Assembly: GCA_025359425.1 (NCBI GenBank)
Contig: JANYGC010000120.1
Coordinates: 7,931 to 71,930, forward strand
Direction: 5' to 3'
Source of the DNA: Sphingomonadaceae bacterium
GTDB lineage: Bacteria > Pseudomonadota > Alphaproteobacteria > Sphingomonadales > Sphingomonadaceae
Length of the DNA: 64,000 nt
Position 1 is the first letter of the stretch, and every line of letters begins with the position of its first letter. The notes beneath the pieces are model-generated. The model was not told the origin of the DNA, did no database searches, and was given only the letters and a program-made list of their open reading frames with translations. Both the position numbers and the translations under genes were made by a program. This document shows, piece after piece, positions 1 to 8,840 of the stretch.

Positions 1-108
1 AAAACTGGAAAATTTTTTGAACCAATGACGCTGAATTGCCCATTTGTCCTGCGCCGCGTTCGCACCCTAAAGTCAGCTGAACATGCCTCCGCACTGTGAG
101 ACTGATCA

Positions 109-2523
109 ATGCAGACCCAAACGCGTGTAGTTATCATCGGTGGCGGGATCATGGGTGCCAGCCTGCTCTACCATCTGGCCGAGCTGGGCTGGACCGATTG
201 CCTGCTGATCGAAAAGGACGAGCTTACCTCCGGATCGACCTGGCACGCTGCGGGGCAATGCCCGAGCATCACCGGCAGCTTCAATCTGGCGAAGATCCAC
301 GCTTACAGCAATGATCTCTATCCGCGGCTAGAAGCGCTGACCGGCCAATCGGTCAGCTGGCACCGGTCGGGCGGGATCAGGCTCGCCACCAAAGAGCGCG
401 AGCTGGACTGGTTCAAATACATCGCTGGTTTTTCCAGGATCATCGGGTTCGATATGGAGATCATTCCGCCGGACGAAATCCGCCGGATCAACCCGTTCCT
501 GACGACCGACGGGGTGATCGCCGGGGCGCGCACCACCAGCGATGGCCACGCGGACCCCGCAGGGATCTGCAATGCCATGGCGATCGGCGCGAAAGCGCTG
601 GGCGCGACCATCGTCCGCCACAACCGGGTCACCGGGTTGACCCAGCTGCCCACCGGCGAATGGGATGTGGCGACCGAACTGGGAACGGTTCGCGCCGAAA
701 TCGTGGTCAATGCTGCCGGGTGCTATGCGCGCCAGGTCGCGCAGATGGCGGGGATCGATATTCCGGTCACCAACATGGAACACCATTACATCGTTACCGA
801 TCCGATCCCCGCCTTCATGGAGCGCGACGAGGAAATCCCGGTCATGCGGTGCCCCTATGTCTCGGGCTATTTGCGGCAGGAGCAGAAGAGCGGACTGATC
901 GGGATCTATGAAAGCACCGGGCTGGCCGAAGCCTGGGCGCCCAAAGGCATGCCCGAATGGGAATCGACCAGCGAGCTGTTCATCGACGATCTCGACCGGA
1001 TTTCGAAGTGGCTGGAACGCGCAATCGAGCGAATGCCGATATTCGGCGAAGTCGGCATCCGGCGGATCGTGAACGGGGCCATTCCCCACACTCCGGACGG
1101 CGGGCCGCTGCTGGGTCCCGCCGCGGGCCTGCGCAACTTCTGGCAGTGCTGCGGCACCTCGTTCGGGATTGCGCAAGGCGGCGGCTCGGGCAAGTATCTG
1201 GCGCAATCGATCGTCTATGGCGATGCCGACATCAACATGGCCGAATTCGATCCGCGCCGGTACGGGCCATTTGCCGACGAGGCTTACAGCCGCGCCAAGG
1301 TGTTCCTCGATTACCGGCTGACCTTCACCACCCGCCCGCCGGGCGAGGAAGAACCCGACGGCCGCCCCCGGAAAATCAGCCCGCTCTATGGGCGGTTGCT
1401 GGCGGCGGGCGCGGTCTATGGCGAAACCTATGGCTGGGAACGCCCCAAATGGTTCTCGCTCGATGGCCGCACCGAGGAAGCCGGATATCACCGCACCAAT
1501 GTGTTCGAAGTGGTCGCCGCCGAGGTTCAGGCGGTGGCGCAGCGGGTCGGCGTGCTCGATCTGTCGGGCTTTGCCAAGTACGAGGTTACCGGCCCCGACG
1601 CCGAAGCCTTCTTGAACCGGATCTGCGCCAATCGCATGCCGAAAAAGCAGGGCGGAATCGGCTTGGTCCATCCGCTTTCGCGGCTCGGCCGGATCTATGG
1701 CGAAATGACCGTCACCCGGTTGGCCGACGATCACTTCTATTGCCTCTCGGCTGCTGCCGCCGAGCAGCGCGATGAGGACCATATGGTGCAGAGCAGATTG
1801 CCGCACGAGGACGTGACGATCAGCAACGTCACCATGGACCGCGGGGTGCTGGTGCTGAGCGGGCCACATTCGCGCGATGTGCTGGCCAGGCTCACCGCTG
1901 CCGACTTGTCCAACGACGGCTTCCGCTGGCTGAGCGGGCAGGACATCGTGATCGCCGGTCTGCCGGTGCGCGCGCTGCGGGTGTCCTATGTCGGTGAATT
2001 GGGCTGGGAACTGCATCCGGCGATGGACGATCTGGCCAAGCTCTACGATGCTGTCTGGGTGGCCGGGCAGGACTACAGGATCGCCAACTATGGCCTCTAT
2101 GCCGTCAACACGATGCGGACGGAAAAGGGCTACAAGGCCTGGGGCAGCGAACTGACCAACGAATTGACCATGATCGAGGCCGGGATGGACCGCTTCATCC
2201 AGTTCGAGAAGGACGACTTTGTCGGCAAGCAAGCCACGCTCGATGCCCCGGATCGGTTCCGGATCATCTATGGCGAGGTTGCCGCCAGCAATGTCGATGT
2301 GCGCGGCGGAGAACCGTGCATGGTTGGAGGTAACTGCATCGGTTTGACCACCTCGGGCGGCTATGGCCACCGGACTGGCAAGAGCCTGTTCTTTGCCTGT
2401 GTGCCGCTGGAGCACGCGGCGCCGGGCGCGCAATTTGCGATCCAGTTGCAGGGCGAACTGCGCTTGGCGACGGTGCTCGAGCATCCCGCCTATGATCCCG
2501 ACAACGCCAAGATGAAGGTCTGA
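109..2523 (+). CDS. DMGDH/SARDH-family flavoprotein, paralog 1. N-terminal FAD (DAO) domain fused to a C-terminal GcvT-type folate-dependent aminomethyltransferase domain.
   Basis: 804-aa ORF with ATG start. N-terminal dinucleotide fold VVIIGGGIMGASLLYHLA. SGSTWHAAGQ block matches the covalent-FAD His context of dimethylglycine/sarcosine dehydrogenases. GcvT-like C-terminal half contains YVGELGWELH. Confidence 0.85.
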   Translation: MQTQTRVVIIGGGIMGASLLYHLAELGWTDCLLIEKDELTSGSTWHAAGQCPSITGSFNLAKIHAYSNDLYPRLEALTGQSVSWHRSGGIRLATKERELDWFKYIAGFSRIIGFDMEIIPPDEIRRINPFLTTDGVIAGARTTSDGHADPAGICNAMAIGAKALGATIVRHNRVTGLTQLPTGEWDVATELGTVRAEIVVNAAGCYARQVAQMAGIDIPVTNMEHHYIVTDPIPAFMERDEEIPVMRCPYVSGYLRQEQKSGLIGIYESTGLAEAWAPKGMPEWESTSELFIDDLDRISKWLERAIERMPIFGEVGIRRIVNGAIPHTPDGGPLLGPAAGLRNFWQCCGTSFGIAQGGGSGKYLAQSIVYGDADINMAEFDPRRYGPFADEAYSRAKVFLDYRLTFTTRPPGEEEPDGRPRKISPLYGRLLAAGAVYGETYGWERPKWFSLDGRTEEAGYHRTNVFEVVAAEVQAVAQRVGVLDLSGFAKYEVTGPDAEAFLNRICANRMPKKQGGIGLVHPLSRLGRIYGEMTVTRLADDHFYCLSAAAAEQRDEDHMVQSRLPHEDVTISNVTMDRGVLVLSGPHSRDVLARLTAADLSNDGFRWLSGQDIVIAGLPVRALRVSYVGELGWELHPAMDDLAKLYDAVWVAGQDYRIANYGLYAVNTMRTEKGYKAWGSELTNELTMIEAGMDRFIQFEKDDFVGKQATLDAPDRFRIIYGEVAASNVDVRGGEPCMVGGNCIGLTTSGGYGHRTGKSLFFACVPLEHAAPGAQFAIQLQGELRLATVLEHPAYDPDNAKMKV

Positions 2524-2528
2524 GCGCG

Positions 2529-4976
2529 GTGGCTGAACTCCCTCGCAAGGCCCGGGTCGTCATCATCGGCGGCGGCGTGATCGGCTGCTCGATTGCCTAC
2601 CACCTGACCAAGATCGGGTGGGACGATGTCGTGCTGCTTGAACGTAAGCAGCTGACCAGCGGGACGACCTGGCACGCGGCCGGGCTGGTCGGCCAGCTGC
2701 GCCCCTCGATCAACATGACCAAGCTCGCCAAATATACCGGCGAACTCTATCGCGGACTGGAAGCCGAAACCGGCCAGGCGACGGGATATCGCCAGTGCGG
2801 CTCGATCTCGATGGCGACCAATATGGAGCGGTTCGAGGAACTGAAACGCAGTGCCTCGATGGCCAAGGTGTTCGACCTGCCGGTCCACGTCATCACCCCG
2901 CAAGAGATCAAGGACCTGGCCCCTATCGTCAACGTCGATGACGTGGTCGGCGGGATCCACATTCCCAGCGACGGCTATGCCAATGCGGTCGACATCACCA
3001 TGGCGCTGGCCAAGGGTGCGCGCAGCGGCGGGGCGCGGATTTTCGAGAACACCAAGGTCACGCGGATCCGCCATGACGGGACGCGGGCGACCGGCGTCGA
3101 TACTGCCGAAGGGCCGATCGATGCCGACTATGTGGTGATCTGCGGCGGGATGTGGACCCGCGATCTGGCCGCCAGCGTCGGGGTCACCGCGCCGCTCCAC
3201 GCCTGCGAGCACTATTACGTGCTGTTCGACGGCGTCGCGGGCATCGATCCCAGCCTGCCGGTGCTGCGGGACTATGACTATTGCGGTTACTACAAGTACG
3301 ATGCCGGCAAGTTGCTGGTCGGGGCGTTCGAACCCAACGCGCGCGCCTGGGGCATGGACGGGATTTCCGAAGACTTCTGTTTCGATGAGATAGCGGGCAG
3401 CTTTGAGCATTTCGAGCCGTTGCTGATCGACGCCATGCGCCGCGTGCCGGCGTTGGAAAACGCTGGCATCCTGAAGTTCTTTTGCGGACCGGAGAGCTTT
3501 ACCCCGGATGTCCGGTACCACCTGGGTGAAAGTGCGGAATTGAAGGGCTGTTTCGTTGCGGCCGGACTCAATTCGATTGGCCTGCAATCAGCCGGCGGGG
3601 TGGGCAAGGTGATGGCCGAATGGATCCGCGATGGGATCCCGCCGGCTGACCTGTGGGCCGTGGACATTCGGCGCAATATGCCGTTCCAGAACAACCGGAA
3701 GTACCTGCGCGAACGGGTCACCGAGAGCCTCGGCCTGCTTTACGCAACGCACTTTCCCTTCAAACAATACGAAACCGCCCGCGGTGTGCGCAAATCGGCG
3801 ATCCATGACCGGCTGGTTGCTGCGGGCGCCTGTTTTGGTGAGGCGTTTGGGTGGGAACGCGCCAACTGGTACGGCGAGCCGGGGTCATCGCCCCGGTACG
3901 AATACAGCTATGGCCGCCAGAACTGGTTCGCAGCCAGCGCCGCTGAATGCCAGGCGGTGCGCGCGGGTGTGGCGCTGTTCGATCAATCGAGCTTTGCCAA
4001 GTTCCGCCTCGAAGGCCGCGATGCCTGCGCCGTGCTCAGCCGGGTTTGCGCCAACGATATAGATGTTGCACCGGGCAAGCTGGTTTACACCCAATGGCTC
4101 AACGAAAAGGGCGGGATCGAGGCCGACCTGACCGTTACCCGCCTGAGCGAGACCGCCTTTCTGATCATCGGCGGGGCCGAGACCGAGACGAAGGATTTCA
4201 ATTGGCTGAAACGTCACACACCCGGCGATGCCCATGCGGTGCTGACCAACGTCACCTCGGGCATGGGGGTGCTTTCGGTTATGGGGGCCAAGTCGCGCGC
4301 CCTGCTGCAATCGCTGAGCCCCAATGACCTGTCCGGCGGCGCGTTCCCGTTCGGGACCAGCCAGGAGATCGAGCTGGGCTACGCGATCATCCGGGCCTCG
4401 CGCATCACCTATGTCGGGGAGCTGGGCTGGGAGCTGTATGTGCCGACCGAGTTCCTCGCGGGGGTTTACGACGAGATCGTCGCGGCCGGCGCGGCCTTTG
4501 GCTTGAAACATGCCGGCTATCACGCGCTTAATTCGCTGCGCATGGAGAAGGCCTACCGGCACTGGGGGCATGACATTACTGACGAGGACACACCGCTGGA
4601 AGCTGGCCTCGGGTTTGCGGTCAAGCTGGACAAGCCCGGCGGTTTCATCGGCCGCGAAGCCTTGCTGCGGCAGAAGGAGGAAGGGCTCAAGCAGCGCCTC
4701 GTCCAGTTCCTGCTCAAGTCGGACCAGCCGATGCTCTACCACAACGAGCCGATCTGGCAGGGCGACCGGATCGCCGGGTACATCCGCTCGGGGATGTATG
4801 CGCATACGCTCGGCGCTGCTTGCGGACTCGGTTATGTGACCGCTGCCGATGGCGGTGTGCTGGGCCCGATCGGCGCCGATGATTACGAGATCGAGATCGC
4901 CGGGGTGCGTTATCCCGCCACCGCCTCGCTCAAACCACTGTACGACCCCGCCAGCGCCCGGATCAAAATGGTATGA
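2529..4976 (+). CDS. DMGDH/SARDH-family flavoprotein, paralog 2 (FAD DAO domain + GcvT domain)
   Basis: 815-aa ORF with GTG start 5 nt after the upstream stop. Motifs VVIIGGGVIGCSIAYHL, SGTTWHAAGL and C-terminal YVGELGWELY. Its stop overlaps the next start (ATGA at 4973-4976). Confidence 0.85.
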   Translation: MAELPRKARVVIIGGGVIGCSIAYHLTKIGWDDVVLLERKQLTSGTTWHAAGLVGQLRPSINMTKLAKYTGELYRGLEAETGQATGYRQCGSISMATNMERFEELKRSASMAKVFDLPVHVITPQEIKDLAPIVNVDDVVGGIHIPSDGYANAVDITMALAKGARSGGARIFENTKVTRIRHDGTRATGVDTAEGPIDADYVVICGGMWTRDLAASVGVTAPLHACEHYYVLFDGVAGIDPSLPVLRDYDYCGYYKYDAGKLLVGAFEPNARAWGMDGISEDFCFDEIAGSFEHFEPLLIDAMRRVPALENAGILKFFCGPESFTPDVRYHLGESAELKGCFVAAGLNSIGLQSAGGVGKVMAEWIRDGIPPADLWAVDIRRNMPFQNNRKYLRERVTESLGLLYATHFPFKQYETARGVRKSAIHDRLVAAGACFGEAFGWERANWYGEPGSSPRYEYSYGRQNWFAASAAECQAVRAGVALFDQSSFAKFRLEGRDACAVLSRVCANDIDVAPGKLVYTQWLNEKGGIEADLTVTRLSETAFLIIGGAETETKDFNWLKRHTPGDAHAVLTNVTSGMGVLSVMGAKSRALLQSLSPNDLSGGAFPFGTSQEIELGYAIIRASRITYVGELGWELYVPTEFLAGVYDEIVAAGAAFGLKHAGYHALNSLRMEKAYRHWGHDITDEDTPLEAGLGFAVKLDKPGGFIGREALLRQKEEGLKQRLVQFLLKSDQPMLYHNEPIWQGDRIAGYIRSGMYAHTLGAACGLGYVTAADGGVLGPIGADDYEIEIAGVRYPATASLKPLYDPASARIKMV

Positions 4977-6223
4977 CCGAAACTTCGAACGAACTGATGC
5001 AGCGCCTCGCTGCGAACACGCGGGTTGGCTACAGCTTCGAGCAGGAATTCTATACCAGCGAAGCGGTATTCAAGGCTGACTTTGAGCAGGTGATCGGCCA
5101 GAAGTGGATCGTCGCCGGGCACGTGTCGCGCATCCCGAACAAGGGCGACTATTTCCTGTTCCGGATCGGCGCGGAACAGATCATCGTGATCCGCGAAAAT
5201 GCAGATAGCGTCCGCGCGTTCTTCAATGTCTGCCGCCACCGCGGATCGACCATCTGTTCGGCCGAGAGTGGCAACGCGCCCCGGCTGGTCTGCCCGTACC
5301 ATGCCTGGACCTTCGGCCTCGATGGCCGCCTGCTGGCCGCACGGCTGATGCCCGATGATTTCGACAAGGCGGACAACAGCCTGTTCGCCTGCCACATCCG
5401 GGTGTTCCACGGGCTGATCTTCATCAACCTGAGCGAGGATGAACCGGAGGATTTCGACGCGACATTCGGTGATCTGGGGCCGATCCTGGACTATCACGGC
5501 ATCGCGGGTGCCCGGATTGCCCACGCTGGCAGCTATCCCACCGATGCCAACTGGAAGCTGGTCGTCGAGAACTTCTTCGAATGTTATCACTGCGTGCCGT
5601 CGCACCCCGAATTCTGCTCGATGCACGCCGCCGAATCGATCGTTGCGGTGGGGGCCGGGCCAAGTTCCGGTCCAGCTGACGCGATCGCGAGCTTCACGCC
5701 AAAACTGAAGGCATGGGAGACCCGCGCGGCTGCGCTCGGCCGCCCGATCGGCAATATCGATGAACCGCCCGGCAGCAGCCACCTGCGGCTGCTGATGCAG
5801 CGGATGAACAAGGACGGCTGGGCCGCCGAAACGCAGGACGGGAGCGCTCCGGCGCCGCTGATGGGCCAGCGCAGCCAGCCCGATGGCGGGCGCATGCATC
5901 TCAGCTTCAGCCCGTTCACGCAGATCGTGGCGGACGATCATTTCGTGATCCTGTTCCAGTTCACGCCGCGTTCGGCGCTGCGCTCGGACGTCGAGATGAT
6001 CTGGCTGGTCGATGGTCGCGCTACCGAGGCCGAGGTGGACGTGGCCAAGATGATCTGGGGCTATCACGCCACGACGACGCAAGACAAAGTGATCACCGAG
6101 AACAATCAGGCCGGGATCATGTCGAGCCGCTATCGCCCGGGCCGCTATTCGGAGCAGGAAGGCAGCGTGATCAAGTTCCAGCAGTGGTATCTGAACCAGT
6201 TCGGGCTGGCGCACGCCGGGTGA
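4973..6223 (+). CDS. Rieske [2Fe-2S] / mononuclear non-heme iron oxygenase alpha subunit, paralog 1 (GbcA/BmoA/Stc2/CntA-like N-demethylating type)
   Basis: 416 aa. Rieske motif CRHRGSTIC...CPYHAWTF (C-x-H...C-x-x-H). Catalytic-domain block NWKLVVENFFECYHCVPSHPEF with an H-x4-H iron ligand pattern. Translationally coupled to the upstream DMGDH paralog. Confidence 0.85.
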   Translation: MTETSNELMQRLAANTRVGYSFEQEFYTSEAVFKADFEQVIGQKWIVAGHVSRIPNKGDYFLFRIGAEQIIVIRENADSVRAFFNVCRHRGSTICSAESGNAPRLVCPYHAWTFGLDGRLLAARLMPDDFDKADNSLFACHIRVFHGLIFINLSEDEPEDFDATFGDLGPILDYHGIAGARIAHAGSYPTDANWKLVVENFFECYHCVPSHPEFCSMHAAESIVAVGAGPSSGPADAIASFTPKLKAWETRAAALGRPIGNIDEPPGSSHLRLLMQRMNKDGWAAETQDGSAPAPLMGQRSQPDGGRMHLSFSPFTQIVADDHFVILFQFTPRSALRSDVEMIWLVDGRATEAEVDVAKMIWGYHATTTQDKVITENNQAGIMSSRYRPGRYSEQEGSVIKFQQWYLNQFGLAHAG

Positions 6224-6370
6224 ACGTTCCAGCGGCCATGAGTACGGTCCTGCTCTAAAGTAACGGCAGCTTGCGTTCCGATTGCGGACGTTGCCCCAAA
6301 GATTTCAACTTGCGGTGAAAGCGAGACAGATTTAGCATCTCGTAAACAGGCATTCAAAGGGGGGTGTAAG

Positions 6371-7153
6371 TTGTCGATTTTTTACTCGAAGAATTTTTAT
6401 CAGCGGGACTATCAACGTACGTCTCGTTCAGCGCGGGTCGTCGTACCGATTCTGATCGACGCGTTTAAGGGCGGACTACAAAGCGTAATCGACATAGGCT
6501 GCGGCCGCGGCGTCTGGCTGGACGAATTCAAAAAGCTTGGCATTGGTGCCGTTAAAGGCAGGGATGGGCCTTGGGTGCAAAGCGCGAACCCACTCATCAA
6601 GGGCGGAGAATTTCAAGCTACTGATCTCTCCTTACCGTACGCCGAGCCAGATAAGTACGATCTGGCGATGACGCTCGAAGTCGCGGAGCACATCGACGAG
6701 GTAAACGCGGACAACTTTGTGGACAGCCTCGCCAAGTTGTCAGATACGATCATGTTTTCTGCAGCGATTGAAGGACAAGGTGGTCAGCATCATGTCAATG
6801 AGCGCCCTCTTGGCTACTGGATTGTGAAGTTCGCCACGCACGGCTTCAGGCCCTTGGACCCAATCCGGCCGCGTGTTTGGCAGAACGCTGAGGTTTGCTG
6901 GTGGTATCGTCAGAACATCGTAATTTTCTGCCGCGAGGGCTCGCAGATGGAAGCCCGCTGGCAAGAGCTGCATTCGACAGCTCCGCACATTTTCGACCTG
7001 GCGCATCCGGTTGGATTTCAACAAAAGGCAGCGCTGGCGAATTGGTTTTCACCCGAGGAATACATCGGCCTCTGGGTTGCTCGTTTAAAGCGTAAGCTTT
7101 TCAGCAGGCCTGCAGGCGCAATCTTGGTGCAACCGGAAACGCTGAAAGCCTAA
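6371..7153 (+). CDS. Class I SAM-dependent methyltransferase on a low-GC islet
   Basis: 260-aa ORF. TTG start preceded by AAAGGGGGG about 7 nt upstream. SAM motif I VIDIGCGRGVWL and post-I/II-like DLAMTLEVAEHI. Visibly AT-richer than both neighbours. Confidence 0.7.
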   Translation: MSIFYSKNFYQRDYQRTSRSARVVVPILIDAFKGGLQSVIDIGCGRGVWLDEFKKLGIGAVKGRDGPWVQSANPLIKGGEFQATDLSLPYAEPDKYDLAMTLEVAEHIDEVNADNFVDSLAKLSDTIMFSAAIEGQGGQHHVNERPLGYWIVKFATHGFRPLDPIRPRVWQNAEVCWWYRQNIVIFCREGSQMEARWQELHSTAPHIFDLAHPVGFQQKAALANWFSPEEYIGLWVARLKRKLFSRPAGAILVQPETLKA

Positions 7154-7239
7154 GACGAGCGGAAAGGAATACATCATCTTACCTTGCGCTCAATATTGTC
7201 CGATCCCCACCTTTAATCAGACATTGTTCAGCTTCAAAC

Positions 7240-8556
7240 CTACTCCACCCCCTCCACCAGCTCCCCGATCCGCCCGATCATCTCGTCGATGTGCGCCTTC
7301 TCCAAAATCAGCGGCGGGGACAGCGCGATGATGTCGCCGGTGACGCGGACCAGCAGGCCGGTGTCGAAGCATTGGTGGAACAGCTCCATCGCCCGTTTGC
7401 CGGGCGCACCGGGGCGCGGTTCGAGCTCGATACCTGCGACGAGCCCAAGGTTGCGAACGTCGATCACATGGCGCTTGCCCTGCAGGCTGTGGACGGCGTC
7501 TTCCCAGTATCCCGACAAGTCCGCCGTCCGCTCAAACAAGCCCTCGTCACGGTAGAGATCCAGCGAGGCGATGCCTGCGGCGGCTGCCAGCGGATGGCCC
7601 GAATAGGTGTAGCCGTGGAACAGCTCGATCCCGTCGGGCCCGCCTTCGACCACGGTGTCGTGGATCGTCCGGCTGACCGCGACCGCGCCCATCGGGACGG
7701 CGGCATTGGTCAGCCCCTTGGCCATGGTGATCACATCGGGGGACACGCCCAGCACCCCGGCAGCAGTTGCTCCACCGAGCCGGCCGAACGCGGTGATCAC
7801 CTCGTCGAAAATCAGGACGATGCCGTGCCTGGTGCAAATCTCGCGCAGCCGCTCAAGGTAGCCGAGCGGCGGGATCAGCACGCCGGTCGATCCGGCCATG
7901 GGCTCGACAATCACCGCCGCGATTGTCTCTGCACCGTGGAGCGCCACAATCCGTTCCAGCTCCTCCGCCAGATGTCCGCCCCAGGCCGGTTGCCCGCGGG
8001 TGAAGGCGTTGTGCTCCATGTTGTGCGTGTGCGGCAGGTGATCGACCCCGGCCAGCAGCGTGCCGAACTGGCGGCGGTTGTTGACGATCCCGCCGACCGA
8101 GATCCCGCCAAACCCGACCCCGTGATAGCCGCGTTCACGGCCAATCAACCGGGTCCGCGTGCCTTCGCCGCGCGCCCGCTGATAGGCGAGCGCGATCTTG
8201 AGTGCGGTATCGACCGATTCCGAACCCGAATTGGTAAAGAAGATCCGGTCCAGACCTTCGGGCATCAGCGCGGCAACGCGTGAGGCGAGCTCGAACGCCA
8301 GCGGATGGGCGAGCTGGAAGGTCGGTCCGAAATCCAGTTCGCCCGCGGTCTTGCGGATGGCTTCGACGATCGGCGCGCGGCAGTGTCCGGCATTGACGCA
8401 CCACAGTCCTGCGGTGCCGTCGAGAATCTGGCGCCCGTCGCTGCTGGTGTAGTGCATGTCCTTGGCCGCCGACAGCAGCCGTGGGTGGTCCTTGAAGGCG
8501 CGGTTTGCAGTGAAGGGCATCCAGAATGCCGCCAACGGATCGTTTTCGAGTTTCAC
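7240..8556 (-). CDS. Class III PLP aminotransferase, omega-amino acid (beta-alanine):pyruvate transaminase-like
   Basis: 438 aa. N-terminus FWMPFTANRAFKDHPRLLSAAKDMHYTSSDGRQILDGTAGLWCVNAGH resembles my recollection of the N-terminus of omega-amino acid:pyruvate aminotransferases. DEVITAFGRLG block and downstream MAKG (putative PLP Lys). Confidence 0.85.
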   Translation of the reverse strand: MKLENDPLAAFWMPFTANRAFKDHPRLLSAAKDMHYTSSDGRQILDGTAGLWCVNAGHCRAPIVEAIRKTAGELDFGPTFQLAHPLAFELASRVAALMPEGLDRIFFTNSGSESVDTALKIALAYQRARGEGTRTRLIGRERGYHGVGFGGISVGGIVNNRRQFGTLLAGVDHLPHTHNMEHNAFTRGQPAWGGHLAEELERIVALHGAETIAAVIVEPMAGSTGVLIPPLGYLERLREICTRHGIVLIFDEVITAFGRLGGATAAGVLGVSPDVITMAKGLTNAAVPMGAVAVSRTIHDTVVEGGPDGIELFHGYTYSGHPLAAAAGIASLDLYRDEGLFERTADLSGYWEDAVHSLQGKRHVIDVRNLGLVAGIELEPRPGAPGKRAMELFHQCFDTGLLVRVTGDIIALSPPLILEKAHIDEMIGRIGELVEGVE

Positions 8557-8729
8557 TGAACAGCTCCCGCAGCGGCTCGGGCCGCAGCTGCCTTGTCAGC
8601 GATCGGCCAGCGGCTTGCGATTGAAAAGATTGTCGCGATCGGAAAATTTCCCTTGCCGGGGGATGTTCCGCGATATTCGCAATACGGGCCCCGACGAAGC
8701 CAGCAGGCCGCTGCTAAAGATATACTGAT

Positions 8730-8746
8730 TTAAACTATAAGTTTAA
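8730..8746. promoter_or_regulatory. AT-rich inverted repeat TTAAAC-N5-GTTTAA in the divergent aminotransferase / operon-2 intergenic region; candidate operator/promoter element
   Basis: Sequence ttaaac tataa gtttaa read directly. It sits in the only AT-rich patch (about 8715-8752) of an otherwise GC-rich 284-nt divergent intergenic region. Confidence 0.3.
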
Positions 8747-8840
8747 CAGATAGGTGCGGGTGCGGGGGCTTTGGCGGTTGTCGCAACCGGCCCGCGCCTG
8801 ACATAGCTGTCGCTCCAATACGAACAGCCGGGCGGGCGCG

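Noticed and set aside
328-2484. Very long antisense ORFs opposite confidently assigned genes. Examples: 328-2484 (-, 718 aa), 8931-10991 (-, 686 aa), 26593-29646 (+, 1017 aa), 34802-36205 (+, 467 aa), 37501-39414 (+, 637 aa), 19555-20865 (-, 436 aa).
   Set aside because: Each lies opposite a gene with clear family motifs (DMGDH, SoxA, Rieske, E1, GMC). Their translations are Arg/Ala/Gly/Pro-rich with no recognisable motifs. Long stop-free antisense frames are expected in DNA of about 65% GC.
6224-7239. The methyltransferase islet and the 43695-46293 segment considered as mobile elements (IS, MITE or integrative island).
   Set aside because: No transposase, integrase, tRNA attachment site, terminal inverted repeats or flanking direct repeats could be found by eye. 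Only the compositional anomaly is supported.
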